DNA from: Flavobacteriales bacterium
GTDB taxonomy: Bacteria; Bacteroidota; Bacteroidia; Flavobacteriales; BACL11
Length of the DNA: 64,000 bases
Direction: 5' to 3'
Assembly (NCBI GenBank): GCA_045561575.1
Contig: JBJKXM010000004.1
Location: 44,924 to 108,923, forward strand
In this document: one piece after another, positions 28,522-38,268 of the stretch
How the letters are laid out: every line of letters begins with the position of its first letter
How positions within the stretch are numbered: position 1 is the first letter of the stretch
Position numbers and translations under genes: made by a program
The notes under the pieces: model-generated
Told to the model about the DNA's origin: nothing
The model's input: only the letters and a program-made list of their open reading frames with translations
Databases searched by the model: none

Positions 28522-30300
28522 TCAAGAAAATGATCTATAATTAATTTTTCGCATTCTTAATGATTCAGGAGTAATTTCTAAATATTCATCTGCTTGTATA
28601 TATTCCATACATTCTTCAAGTGAAAAATCAATTTTTGGGGCAATTTGTATAGCAGCATCTGACCCTGACTTACGCATATTGGTTAATTGTTTGCCTTTAA
28701 CAACATTAACGTCCAGATCATTATCTCTGTTATTTTCCCCTATTACTTGTCCTTTATATATATTAGTTCCAGGAGAAATAAAAAACCTACCTCTATCTTG
28801 TAATTTTCCAATTGAAAATGCTGTTGAACTACCAGATTCAATAGAAATTAGTGAACCTTTCATTCTTTCAGGAATATCTCCTTTAAATGGAGCATATTCT
28901 CTAAACCTATGCGTCATAATTGCATTTCCAGAAGTTGTTGTTAAAATATTATTTCTTAATCCAATTAATCCTCTAGAAGGAATGTCAAATTCTAAATGTT
29001 GTAAGTCGCCTTTTGGCTCCATTACAAGCATGTCCCCTTTTCTTTGAGTAACAAGTTCTATTACCTTTCCGGAAAAATCTGCAGGAACATCAATTACTAA
29101 TGTTTCCATTGGCTCACATTTTACACCATCTATGTCTTTGAAAATAACTTGAGGTTTACCAACTTGTAATTCAAAACCTTCTCTTCTCATGGTTTCTATA
29201 AGTACAGATAAATGAAGAATACCTCTTCCAAACACATTGAATTTATCTTCAGAAGCTCCGTCCTCTACTTTTAGAGCAAGATTCTTTTCAAGTTCTGCAT
29301 ATAATCTATCTCTTAAATGTCTAGAAGTACAATACTTACCTTCTTTTCCAAAAAAAGGAGAATTATTTATTGTAAACAACATACTAATTGTAGGTTCATC
29401 AATAGAAATTCTTGGTAATTCTTCAGGTTTTTCAAGATCAGAAATAGTATCTCCAATTTCAAAATCTTCTAAGCCAACTATCGAACAAATATCTCCAGAT
29501 TTCAAATATTTTACTTGAGATTTTCCCATACCTTCAAAAACATATAATTCTTTAATTCTAACTTTCTTTTTTACACCATTTGCTTTACAAAGCATATAAT
29601 CTTTGCCTTCTTGCAACTCACCTCTAAAGATTCGCCCAATAGCAATACGTCCTACAAATTTAGAATAGTCTAAAGAAGTAATTTGCATCTGTGGAGTACC
29701 TTCGTTGTATGGTGCAGCAGGAATATTTTCAATAACAGCATCAAGTAAAGGAAAAATATTTTCTGTTTTTTCTTGCCAATCTAAACTCATCCAGCCTTCT
29801 TTTGAAGAACCAAATACTGTTGTAAAATCTAATTGATCTTCTGAAGCTTCTAAGTTAAACATTAAATCAAAAATTGCATCTTGTACTAAATCAGGTGTAC
29901 AATTTTCTTTATCTACCTTATTTACTACAACAATTGGCTTTAAACCTAAAGAAATAGCCTTACTTAGAACAAATCTAGTTTGGGGCATTGCTCCCTCAAA
30001 AGCATCTACAAGTAATAATACCCCATCAGCCATTTTTAGTACTCGCTCTACCTCACCACCAAAATCAGCATGTCCAGGTGTATCAATAACGTTAATTTTT
30101 ATTCCTTTATAATTTACAGATACATTTTTAGAAAGTATTGTAATGCCTCTTTCACGTTCTAAATCATTGTTATCTAATAACAACTCCGTACGTTCTTTAC
30201 GATCATCAAGTACTTTACATTGATCGATAATTTTATCAACTAATGTTGTTTTTCCATGATCAACATGAGCAATTATAGCAATATTTCTAATTGAATTCAT
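28522..30300 (-). CDS. typA: translational GTPase TypA/BipA
   Basis: IRNIAIIAHVDHGKTTLVD, DTPGHADFGGEVER and NKVD motifs in a 592-aa protein. Confidence 0.95.
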   Translation of the reverse strand: MNSIRNIAIIAHVDHGKTTLVDKIIDQCKVLDDRKERTELLLDNNDLERERGITILSKNVSVNYKGIKINVIDTPGHADFGGEVERVLKMADGVLLLVDAFEGAMPQTRFVLSKAISLGLKPIVVVNKVDKENCTPDLVQDAIFDLMFNLEASEDQLDFTTVFGSSKEGWMSLDWQEKTENIFPLLDAVIENIPAAPYNEGTPQMQITSLDYSKFVGRIAIGRIFRGELQEGKDYMLCKANGVKKKVRIKELYVFEGMGKSQVKYLKSGDICSIVGLEDFEIGDTISDLEKPEELPRISIDEPTISMLFTINNSPFFGKEGKYCTSRHLRDRLYAELEKNLALKVEDGASEDKFNVFGRGILHLSVLIETMRREGFELQVGKPQVIFKDIDGVKCEPMETLVIDVPADFSGKVIELVTQRKGDMLVMEPKGDLQHLEFDIPSRGLIGLRNNILTTTSGNAIMTHRFREYAPFKGDIPERMKGSLISIESGSSTAFSIGKLQDRGRFFISPGTNIYKGQVIGENNRDNDLDVNVVKGKQLTNMRKSGSDAAIQIAPKIDFSLEECMEYIQADEYLEITPESLRMRKINYRSFS

Positions 30301-30318
30301 TTTCTAATTTAAAGGGGG

Positions 30319-30326
30319 CAAAAATA
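30319..30326 (-). promoter_or_regulatory. -7 box (TAnnTTTG on the minus strand) for typA
   Basis: caaaaata on the plus strand reads tatttttg on the minus strand. It lies 18 nt upstream of the ATG at 30300. Confidence 0.45.
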
Positions 30327-30460
30327 CTCTTATTTATTTCATAAAGCTGGAAATCATTACAAATGTCTAATCATTTGTTAATGTAATATGACAATCCATT
30401 TACATTAAAGACATTAGAAAAGGATTTGTACTTTTACGAATAAATTTTTATAATATTTTA

Positions 30461-31168
30461 ATGGAATTTTTTGAGGTTGTAGAAAAAAGAAGATCAGTTA
30501 GAAGATTTACTAATCAGGAAATTCCTGAAAATGTAATGAGAAAATGCTTAAAGGCTGCTACACTAGCTCCTAATTCATCTAATCTGCAAACATGGGAATT
30601 TTATTGGGTAAGAAATTCAGAAAATAAAAAGAAAGTTGTAGAGGCATGTTTTTCTCAAAATGCTGCAAAAACTGCTAAAGAGATAGTAATAGCAGTAGGT
30701 AGAATTGATACGTGGAAAAGAAATAGAGATTTAATAATTGAAGATTACAAAAAGAAAGATAAGTTGATTCCACTAGTAAAAAAATACTATCAAAAACTAA
30801 TACCATTTGCATACTCACACGATAGATTTGGTTTTTATGGAATTTTAAAAAGAATATTTTATCTCTTTTTTAATGTTGTTGGATTTTTCAGGCCAATTAT
30901 TAGAGGTCCAATATATAAACATCAATTATTTGAAACTGTCAGCAAATCAACAGCACTAGCATGTCAAAACTTCATGATGGCTCTAGTTGCAGAGGGATAT
31001 GATTCATGTCCTATGGAAGGCTTTGATGAAAAAAGAATTAAAAAAATTCTTAATCTAAACTGGCAGTCACATGTTGTTATGATATTTGGTATTGGACAGG
31101 CTGATAAAAATGGTATTTACGGAGAAAGGTTTAGAATAGATGACAATTTAGTTATAAAAGAAGTTTAA
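30461..31168 (+). CDS. nitroreductase-family protein
   Basis: The N-terminus VVEKRRSVRRFT, then LKAATLAPNSSNLQ.W, with MEGFDE near the C-terminus. Confidence 0.75.
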   Translation: MEFFEVVEKRRSVRRFTNQEIPENVMRKCLKAATLAPNSSNLQTWEFYWVRNSENKKKVVEACFSQNAAKTAKEIVIAVGRIDTWKRNRDLIIEDYKKKDKLIPLVKKYYQKLIPFAYSHDRFGFYGILKRIFYLFFNVVGFFRPIIRGPIYKHQLFETVSKSTALACQNFMMALVAEGYDSCPMEGFDEKRIKKILNLNWQSHVVMIFGIGQADKNGIYGERFRIDDNLVIKEV

Positions 31169-31171
31169 AAA

Positions 31172-33448
31172 TTATTTAATAATTATTCTTTTTTCTATCC
31201 TGCCATCATCAAAATGGAAAAACAAAGTTTTATTAAGCTTGAACAACACTTCTTTTCCAAGAACATCTGTTATTTTAACGACACTTCTTTTATCGAAATC
31301 ATAATAATTATAAGACGATGTAATATCAAGAGTAAAATTGATGTTTGTAATACTATCACATCCAATTGAATTTGTTAATATTATAGAATAATCTCCTGAA
31401 ACATATAACACTATTCCGTTCCAACTTATACTACTATTTGAAACTAAGGTATCATATGAATATGAATCATAAATACAACTTCCATCATCATAATTAGCAA
31501 ATTGATTAAAATTACAGGCAATTGGATCAGTACATCCAGTAATCCCATAGCAATTACCTAGTAAATTATTATCTATCCATACAAGTCTAAATTCTATCCA
31601 ATTTTTCAAAAAACCTATTTCATCTTGGTATGTATTTCCAACATAAAAGTTTGGCCAAACATAAGTATCTAAAATATCCCATTTCTGAAAATTTCTATCA
31701 CTTGCATCTTCTAAATAAAAAACAACACTATCTATAAAATTAAAAATAGAATCTTTATGAAAGCTATTAGCTCTTAAATACTCCCATCTACATTTTAATT
31801 TATTTACATAATTGGAGTCCTCTAAAAGCCTTTCAAACCAAAACGGATTGTTCCATGCACATCCCTGCCCTCCATCATCGACTTCCCATCCATTAGTTAG
31901 TCCTCCATTACAAAAATTAGCATTTCCAAAAGCTAAATTATAGTCCCAAAAAGGTCCCATGGTTAGCTTTCCTGCATTATCATCTCTATCCTTATACATG
32001 TAAGTACTAAGTCTATATCCATCAATATTTCTAGAAAGTTCATTAATTATATATAAGTCAATAAAAGAATTTACATCAATATACTTTGAATAGCCTATAA
32101 GTGTATCATTAAAGTTAGGGCCTGATAAAGCATTTTCAAAACTATCTACAAAGTTTTCTATGTAATTTTTTTGAATAGGATGTAATGCTGGTCCCTCAGG
32201 ATAATGATATTGAATAAAAATTGAACCTCCTCCTAAATTTGGGAAATTTGATTGCCAATTACTTCCTCCTGAACCAGTGAATTTATCAATCTTAACTATG
32301 TAACCTCCTGTTAAACTATCACCATTTAAATCATCTGAATCTAAAGCTGCAATATCAACTCTGTTTTTATCTCTTTTTATTTTTTCCATTAAAATATAAA
32401 CTCCTTGATAATCTCCATTTATTACTAATTCACAATAAATAGTTCTTGAACAATAATTCCCCATCTTACGCCCCAAATCAAAAGTTAAGAAATTACGCAT
32501 TAGACTCTTATCTGTATATGGAGCATATAAAATCCAATCATTTTCAATAGGCATGCCTAATAATGACACATTATTGTTATTACCTAAAGAATCTTGAGTT
32601 TCAAAACCATATGACTTTTTTGGAAAAGATTGAGAAGAACTTCCTCTGTATTCAATACTAATTTTACCGTTATAATCATTAAAAGTATCATTAATTGAAT
32701 TTAAATTTCCAAAACCATTGTCAATTATTCCCATATCACAAATTATTCTAGCACTATCTAATATGTTTTGATTATTTGTATTTATCATTACAATAGGAAG
32801 GTTAGATGATGTGAAAATTAATGGTGGATTAAACCATGAATGAGGGGAGGAATAATTTAAGTTAGTTGATGTTATACCTAAAGATATAAAAACACGAGCT
32901 GTTAAATCTGATGAAGAAATATCTTGATTATGAATCTGGACAGATAGTACATTAACTCCTTGTTTTAAAATAGTATCTATTAACTGTGGATCAATAATAA
33001 ATTGATCCGGAGAACCTCCTTGATACATTTGTGCCTCTTTATAAGTATTTGCAACTTGATTATATGCTGGATGATCCCCATAAATACCAATATTTGACCT
33101 TGCTATTTCAACATCATTTAAATAAGCAACAAACGCATCATCAAAATCAATATCCAAAACTAAAGAACCAATTTCTGATGTATCAATAATTGAAAACTCA
33201 TTTCTTAGATATAAAGAAATTGTTGGGTTTATAATTGTAGAATCATCTCCATCTCCATACCCAAAACCACCTTGCCCATTTTGCCACAGAGAATCATCAT
33301 AAGAAATAGTTCTCCAATTTGAATCTGGCTCACTTATTCCAACATAATATTTCCAAAATTCACTCTCAAAAACTACTGTTTCCCAATGATCTACAGATTG
33401 AGATAAAAGAGTAAAAGGAAAAAAAACAAGAAATAATAATTTTTTCAC
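31172..33448 (-). CDS. secreted CotH-family (atypical kinase fold) protein with a T9SS-type C-terminal tail
   Basis: CotH-like core (LYAPYTDKSLMRNFLTFDLGRKMG, GVYILMEKIKRDKNRVDI, GPFWDYNLAFGNA). I prefer the GTG start at 33448, which gives a classic signal peptide (MKKLLFLVFFPFTLLSQS), over the track's TTG at 33478. The C-terminal tail is ...ITDVLGKEV...FHFDDGRIEKRIIIK. Confidence 0.7.
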   Translation of the reverse strand: MKKLLFLVFFPFTLLSQSVDHWETVVFESEFWKYYVGISEPDSNWRTISYDDSLWQNGQGGFGYGDGDDSTIINPTISLYLRNEFSIIDTSEIGSLVLDIDFDDAFVAYLNDVEIARSNIGIYGDHPAYNQVANTYKEAQMYQGGSPDQFIIDPQLIDTILKQGVNVLSVQIHNQDISSSDLTARVFISLGITSTNLNYSSPHSWFNPPLIFTSSNLPIVMINTNNQNILDSARIICDMGIIDNGFGNLNSINDTFNDYNGKISIEYRGSSSQSFPKKSYGFETQDSLGNNNNVSLLGMPIENDWILYAPYTDKSLMRNFLTFDLGRKMGNYCSRTIYCELVINGDYQGVYILMEKIKRDKNRVDIAALDSDDLNGDSLTGGYIVKIDKFTGSGGSNWQSNFPNLGGGSIFIQYHYPEGPALHPIQKNYIENFVDSFENALSGPNFNDTLIGYSKYIDVNSFIDLYIINELSRNIDGYRLSTYMYKDRDDNAGKLTMGPFWDYNLAFGNANFCNGGLTNGWEVDDGGQGCAWNNPFWFERLLEDSNYVNKLKCRWEYLRANSFHKDSIFNFIDSVVFYLEDASDRNFQKWDILDTYVWPNFYVGNTYQDEIGFLKNWIEFRLVWIDNNLLGNCYGITGCTDPIACNFNQFANYDDGSCIYDSYSYDTLVSNSSISWNGIVLYVSGDYSIILTNSIGCDSITNINFTLDITSSYNYYDFDKRSVVKITDVLGKEVLFKLNKTLFFHFDDGRIEKRIIIK

Positions 33449-33529
33449 TATACGAAGATATAAATAATGAAAAAACAACAGATAAGTAATTATATCTATT
33501 TGATTTATTTAATTTTGAGTAAAAAAATT

Positions 33530-33886
33530 ATGTGGATAATTAAAACTGGTATAATCTTTTCTCTAATATCAATAATTTTAGGAGCATTTGGAGCTCATGC
33601 ATTAGAGAATATTATTGCAGATAAAATTGAAGTTTTTAAAACTGGAGTTCAATATCAAATTTTTCATGCTCTTGGGCTAATTTTAATCGGAATTTTATCT
33701 AAAACATTTTCTGTTGATCTAAATACAGTAGCTTACTTGATTATAGCAGGTATAATTTTATTTTCTGGATCTCTTTATCTTATTTCGATTTTTAAAACAA
33801 CATCAATAGGAATAATAACTCCTATTGGAGGTACACTGTTTATTATAGGATGGTCAGTTTTATTATTTAGGTTAAGTAATATCTAA
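33530..33886 (+). CDS. DUF423-family membrane protein
   Basis: Four hydrophobic helices and the LGAFGAHAL motif. I prefer the ATG at 33530 (MWIIKTG) because the 33467 start would overlap the CotH gene's 5' region. The start remains uncertain. Confidence 0.65.
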   Translation: MWIIKTGIIFSLISIILGAFGAHALENIIADKIEVFKTGVQYQIFHALGLILIGILSKTFSVDLNTVAYLIIAGIILFSGSLYLISIFKTTSIGIITPIGGTLFIIGWSVLLFRLSNI

Positions 33887-33892
33887 ATAACT

Positions 33893-34957
33893 CTACATTT
33901 CATCATAATCAACATAAATACTTTCTGAAGTTGGATGAGCTTGACAAGTTAATATAAAGCCTTCTTCAACATCGTCTTCAGATAATGAATAATTCAAATC
34001 CATTGAAGCTGTTCCCTCAATAACTTTTGCTTTACACACAGAACATACTCCACCTTTACATGAAAAAGGAACATCAGCACCTGCCTCAGTTGCTGCATCT
34101 AAAATTGATTGTCCACTTGTAGATAAAGTAAATTCAAAATCATCACCATCAACACATACTGTAACATTTGAAATAAGATCTGATTGGGAGTAATTTTCCT
34201 TTTTCTCATCGCTATTTTTAGGGGCAGAAAAAAGTTCAAATTTGATTTTACTACTATCAATTTCAATTAACTCTAAAAATTCGCTAACATTTTCAATCAT
34301 ATCCCCAGGACCACACATTAAAAATAAATTAGCATTTTTTAGATGAATATTTGTATCAAATAGATCTTTGAGTAATTCTCCAGAAATACGACCATTTAAG
34401 GAGCCATCAATTTTTTCCTTGGAATAAAAGTTGTAAAGATAGAAACGTTCATTGTATTTTTCTTTAAATAAATCTATTTCTTCAGAGTACATTGTAGATG
34501 AAAATGTTCTATTACCATAAATTAAGGTAAATGTACTTGAAGGTTCATTTGTTAATACGTTTTTAATCATTGACATGACAGGAGTAATTCCGCTACCCGC
34601 ACAGATTCCAACATAATGATTACTATTTTTCGTGTCAATATCAATAAAAAAGTTGCCTGTTGGAGGCATAATATTTAAAGTATCTCCTTGATTTAAATTT
34701 GAGGTTAAAAATGTAGACATTTTACCATTTTGAACAAGCTTCACTCCTATTTCAATGCCAGATTCAGGAGATGAGGAAATAGAATAAGATCTTCTTACCA
34801 TTTCATCATTAATTTTTTGTTCAACAGTAATGTATTGACCAGATTTAAATTTGAAAGTATCTGTGTCAACAGATGACAAATCAATTTCAATATTGACGGC
34901 ATCTTCAGTTAAATTTCTTATAGATTTTACAGGAACAGAAAAAAATTTATTCATCAT
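33893..34957 (-). CDS. paaE: 1,2-phenylacetyl-CoA epoxidase reductase subunit (FNR-like domain plus plant-type 2Fe-2S)
   Basis: FAD/NAD-binding motifs (RSYSISS, GAGSGITPVMS) and the C-terminal ferredoxin motif C.GG.CS.CKAK. It is divergent from paaABCD. Confidence 0.85.
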   Translation of the reverse strand: MMNKFFSVPVKSIRNLTEDAVNIEIDLSSVDTDTFKFKSGQYITVEQKINDEMVRRSYSISSSPESGIEIGVKLVQNGKMSTFLTSNLNQGDTLNIMPPTGNFFIDIDTKNSNHYVGICAGSGITPVMSMIKNVLTNEPSSTFTLIYGNRTFSSTMYSEEIDLFKEKYNERFYLYNFYSKEKIDGSLNGRISGELLKDLFDTNIHLKNANLFLMCGPGDMIENVSEFLELIEIDSSKIKFELFSAPKNSDEKKENYSQSDLISNVTVCVDGDDFEFTLSTSGQSILDAATEAGADVPFSCKGGVCSVCKAKVIEGTASMDLNYSLSEDDVEEGFILTCQAHPTSESIYVDYDEM

Positions 34958-34966
34958 TTTTTTTTA

Positions 34967-34974
34967 CAAAAATA
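34967..34974 (-). promoter_or_regulatory. -7 box (TAnnTTTG on the minus strand) for paaE
   Basis: caaaaata on the plus strand reads tatttttg on the minus strand. It lies 9 nt upstream of the ATG at 34957, implying a very short leader. Confidence 0.35.
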
Positions 34975-35035
34975 AAATATTGAAAACTTTTTTTTGCTGA
35001 AAAAATATTAAATTGATAAAATGACATATTTTCAA

Positions 35036-35043
35036 TAAATTTG
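35036..35043 (+). promoter_or_regulatory. -7 box (TAnnTTTG) for paaABCD
   Basis: taaatttg lies 19 nt upstream of the paaA ATG. A TTG at 35013-15 sits at about the spacing expected for a -33 element. Confidence 0.5.
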
Positions 35044-35062
35044 CAAAAACACAATATCTCCA

Positions 35063-35983
35063 ATGGAAGAAGCAATATTTCAAGAAAAAATTAACGCAGA
35101 AAAAAAAATTGAACCAAAAGACTGGATGCCCGAAGGCTATAGAAGTCATTTAATCAGACAAATTTCTCAACATGCTCATTCAGAAATCATTGGAATGCAA
35201 CCTGAAGGAAATTGGATTACAAGAGCTCCTTCTTTAAGAGCTAAAATGATATTACTTGCAAAAGTTCAAGATGAAGCTGGTCATGGCCTTTATCTTTACA
35301 GTGCATGTGAAACTCTAGGTATAACAAGAGAAGAATTAAACCAGCAACTACACGAAGGAAAAGCAAAATATTCAAGTATTTTTAACTATCCTACTTTAAG
35401 TTGGGCAGATATGGGTGCAATTGGCTGGTTAGTTGATGGTGCAGCTATTGTGAACCAAGTTTCTCTACAAAAGACTTCATATGGGCCATATTCAAGAGGA
35501 ATGATAAAAATATGTAAAGAAGAAAGCTTTCATCAAAGACAAGGTTATGAAATTATGGCTCAAATGGCTAATGGTACTAAAGAACAAAAAGAAATGGCTC
35601 AAGATGCTCTTAACAGATTCTGGTGGCCATCAATAATGATGTTTGGTCCTCATGATGCTGATTCTCCAAGAACTGGAAATGCCATGAAATGGAAAATAAA
35701 ACGTAAAACAAATGACGAGTTGAGGCAAAGTTTTATTGACAAAACTGTTGAGCAAGCTGAATTAATTGGACTTAAAATTCCAGATCCTGACTTAAAATGG
35801 AATGAAGAAAAAGGTTCATATGACTTTGGGGAAATTGATTGGGAGGAATTTTGGAATGTTGTTAATGGAAATGGACCTTGTAATGAACAAAGGCTAGACC
35901 ATCATAAAAAAGCACATAATGAAGGAGAATGGGTAAGAGATGCAGCTAGAGCTTATTCACAAAAACAAACTACAAATGAATAA
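35063..35983 (+). CDS. paaA: 1,2-phenylacetyl-CoA epoxidase catalytic subunit
   Basis: Di-iron ligand regions ([28 protein letters not shown]) in a 306-aa protein. Confidence 0.9.
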   Translation: MEEAIFQEKINAEKKIEPKDWMPEGYRSHLIRQISQHAHSEIIGMQPEGNWITRAPSLRAKMILLAKVQDEAGHGLYLYSACETLGITREELNQQLHEGKAKYSSIFNYPTLSWADMGAIGWLVDGAAIVNQVSLQKTSYGPYSRGMIKICKEESFHQRQGYEIMAQMANGTKEQKEMAQDALNRFWWPSIMMFGPHDADSPRTGNAMKWKIKRKTNDELRQSFIDKTVEQAELIGLKIPDPDLKWNEEKGSYDFGEIDWEEFWNVVNGNGPCNEQRLDHHKKAHNEGEWVRDAARAYSQKQTTNE

Positions 35984-36260
35984 AGCTGCTACAATTTGGG
36001 AAGTATTTATACAAAGTAAAAACGGGCTTGCTCACAAACATGTTGGAAATGTTCATGCTGAAGATAAAGAAATGGCACTTCAAAATGCTAGAGATTTATA
36101 TACAAGAAGAAATGAAGGGTCATGTATTTGGGTAGTTAAATCAGAGCATATTGTATCTTCTGTTCCTGAAGATGAAGAATCATTTTTTGACCCTTCAAAT
36201 GATAAGGTTTATAGGCATCCAACCTTCTATAATCTTCCTGATGGAGTCAAACACATTTAG
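35976..36260 (+). CDS. paaB: 1,2-phenylacetyl-CoA epoxidase subunit B
   Basis: [21 protein letters not shown]...[19 protein letters not shown]...[16 protein letters not shown] aligns end to end with the ~95-aa PaaB family. I prefer the ATG at 35976 over 35940. Confidence 0.9.
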   Translation: MNKAATIWEVFIQSKNGLAHKHVGNVHAEDKEMALQNARDLYTRRNEGSCIWVVKSEHIVSSVPEDEESFFDPSNDKVYRHPTFYNLPDGVKHI

Positions 36261-37007
36261 ATGCAAGATTTAGAAAAATACATTTTAAGAATAGCAGACA
36301 GCTCATTAATTCTTTCCCACAGATTATCTGAATGGTGCTCAAAAGGTCCAACACTAGAAGAAGATATTGCTATTTCAAACATCTCTCTTGATTTACTAGG
36401 CCGAGCTAATTCACTTTTAGAGTACTGCGCAAAAGTTAATGGAAATAAGTCAGCTGATGACTTGGCTTTCAAAAGAGATGAAAGAGAATTTTATAACTTT
36501 CAAATTTGCGAGCTTGAAAATGGTCATTTTGGAGACACAATTATTAGACAATTTTTATTTGATAGTTATGCCTCTTTATTTTTTAAGAAATTAAGTGAAA
36601 GTAAAGATGAAACATTAAGTGCAATTGCATTAAAATCCATTAAAGAAATAAATTATCATTTAAGACATTCTAGTAATTGGGTTATTAGGCTTGGAGATGG
36701 AACTAAATTAAGTAAAGAAAAAATTCAAGATTCATTAAATAAAATTTGGAAGTATACTGGAGAATTTTTTGAAATGGATGAATTAGATAATGAAATGCTA
36801 AAAAAACAAATTGGAGTAGATAATAAAGAACTTAAAAATCAATGGGATATAATTGTTAATGAAACTTTAGAAAAAGCTAAGTTAAATAGACCTAAAGATG
36901 GTTTCATGATGACAGGAAGTAAAAAAGGTATTCATACAGAACTTTTAGGTAAAATCCTTAGTGAGATGCAATATATCCCAAGAGCATATCCTGATGCAAA
37001 ATGGTAA
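36261..37007 (+). CDS. paaC: 1,2-phenylacetyl-CoA epoxidase subunit C
   Basis: The sequence LRIADSSLILSHRLSEWCSKGPTLEEDIAISNISLDLLG in a 248-aa protein, in the position between paaB and paaD. Confidence 0.85.
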   Translation: MQDLEKYILRIADSSLILSHRLSEWCSKGPTLEEDIAISNISLDLLGRANSLLEYCAKVNGNKSADDLAFKRDEREFYNFQICELENGHFGDTIIRQFLFDSYASLFFKKLSESKDETLSAIALKSIKEINYHLRHSSNWVIRLGDGTKLSKEKIQDSLNKIWKYTGEFFEMDELDNEMLKKQIGVDNKELKNQWDIIVNETLEKAKLNRPKDGFMMTGSKKGIHTELLGKILSEMQYIPRAYPDAKW

Positions 37008-37446
37008 TATAGATAAAATTTGGAATATATTAGAATCTGTTCCTGACCCCGAAATACCTGTTATTTCAGTTGTTGAGCTTGGTGTTATAAGAAAAGTTGA
37101 ATTTTTTGAAAATAACTATATTATTTCTGTTACTCCAACATATTCAGGTTGCCCTGCCGTAAAGACATTCCAAGATGATATAAAAGCTCAACTAAGAGAA
37201 AATAACATTCATAATTTTCATCTTGAAATTGTCTATAAACCAGCATGGACTACTGATTGGATGACAAGTAAAACAAAACAAAAATTAAAAGACTATGGCA
37301 TATCTCCACCAGAGAAAACCATTGAATGTCCACAATGCAATTCAACTAATATTGAGCTGATTAGTGAATTTGGTGCAACTGCTTGTAAATCTATGCATAA
37401 ATGTGTTGATTGTTTAGAACCTTTTGAACATTTCAAATGTATATAG
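36994..37446 (+). CDS. paaD: phenylacetyl-CoA epoxidase assembly subunit (SUF/MIP18-like)
   Basis: VPDPEIPVISVVELGVIR, TPTYSGCPA and a C-terminal Cys cluster (CPQC...C..C). I prefer the ATG at 36994 over the GTG at 36961. Confidence 0.8.
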   Translation: MQNGNIDKIWNILESVPDPEIPVISVVELGVIRKVEFFENNYIISVTPTYSGCPAVKTFQDDIKAQLRENNIHNFHLEIVYKPAWTTDWMTSKTKQKLKDYGISPPEKTIECPQCNSTNIELISEFGATACKSMHKCVDCLEPFEHFKCI

Positions 37447-37497
37447 GAACGTTTTAAGGCTCATTTATTATTTTTACAAAGGATTAAATCATACGAA

Positions 37498-38268
37498 ATG
37501 ATTATAAAAGAAATAAAAAATCAAATAGCTTTTCTAAAATTTGATCGACCCGATAAATACCATTCATTTATTAAAGAGATGGCTTTTGATTTACAAGAAA
37601 AGTTAGATGAATGTAAAAATGATGATAACATAAGATGTATTGTGATAACAGCTGAAGGTAAAGCTTTTTGTGCTGGTCAAGATTTGTCTGAAGCTACTAA
37701 TCCTAATGGTCCTTCATTAGAAACAATTGTCAATACTCATTATAATCCAATAGTAAGAAAAATTCGCAGTATTGAAAAACCAATAATTGCAGCTGTTAAT
37801 GGAGTCGCAGCTGGTGCAGGTGCATCTATAGCACTATGTTGCGATATAGTATTAGCAAAAAAAAGTGCTGTTTTTGTTCAAGCCTTTAGTAAAATTGGTT
37901 TAATTCCAGATAGCGCTGCTACTTTTTTTCTGCCTAGAATTATAGGATTGCAAAAAGCTGCGGGATTAATGATGACAGCAGAACCAATTTCAGCTGAAGA
38001 AGCTTGCAAAATAGGAATGATATATAAAGCTTTTGATGATGACAAGTTTGAAAGTGAGGTGCAAAAACTTGCTGAAAAACTTAGTCAAATGCCTACAAAA
38101 GGGATTGGATTAACAAAAAGACTACTTAATAAATCATTAACGAGTAATCTAAACGAACAGCTAGAAAAAGAATTAGATTATCAAATCATTGCTGGACAAA
38201 CAAATGATTTCAAAGAAGGTGTTAGTGCATTTTTAGAAAAAAGAAAACCAAATTTTAAAGGAAATTAG
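37498..38268 (+). CDS. paaG: crotonase-family enzyme, PaaG-like (1,2-epoxyphenylacetyl-CoA isomerase)
   Basis: ITAEGKAFCAGQDL and AAVNGVAAGAGASIAL motifs plus operon position. The split between PaaG and PaaF roles is inferred from gene order only. Confidence 0.6.
   Translation: MIIKEIKNQIAFLKFDRPDKYHSFIKEMAFDLQEKLDECKNDDNIRCIVITAEGKAFCAGQDLSEATNPNGPSLETIVNTHYNPIVRKIRSIEKPIIAAVNGVAAGAGASIALCCDIVLAKKSAVFVQAFSKIGLIPDSAATFFLPRIIGLQKAAGLMMTAEPISAEEACKIGMIYKAFDDDKFESEVQKLAEKLSQMPTKGIGLTKRLLNKSLTSNLNEQLEKELDYQIIAGQTNDFKEGVSAFLEKRKPNFKGN

Noticed and set aside
34964-35149. Minus-strand 61-aa ORF spanning the paaE-paaA intergenic region
   Set aside because: It covers both divergent promoter boxes and the paaA 5' end. 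Its sequence is Phe/Asn-rich noise.
35940-35975. Upstream ATG for paaB ([12 protein letters not shown]...), and similar extended starts for paaD (36961), paaZ (41618) and serA (11198)
   Set aside because: The extensions overlap the preceding gene and are not part of the conserved family alignment as I recall it. Internal ATGs give canonical lengths and typical short overlaps.
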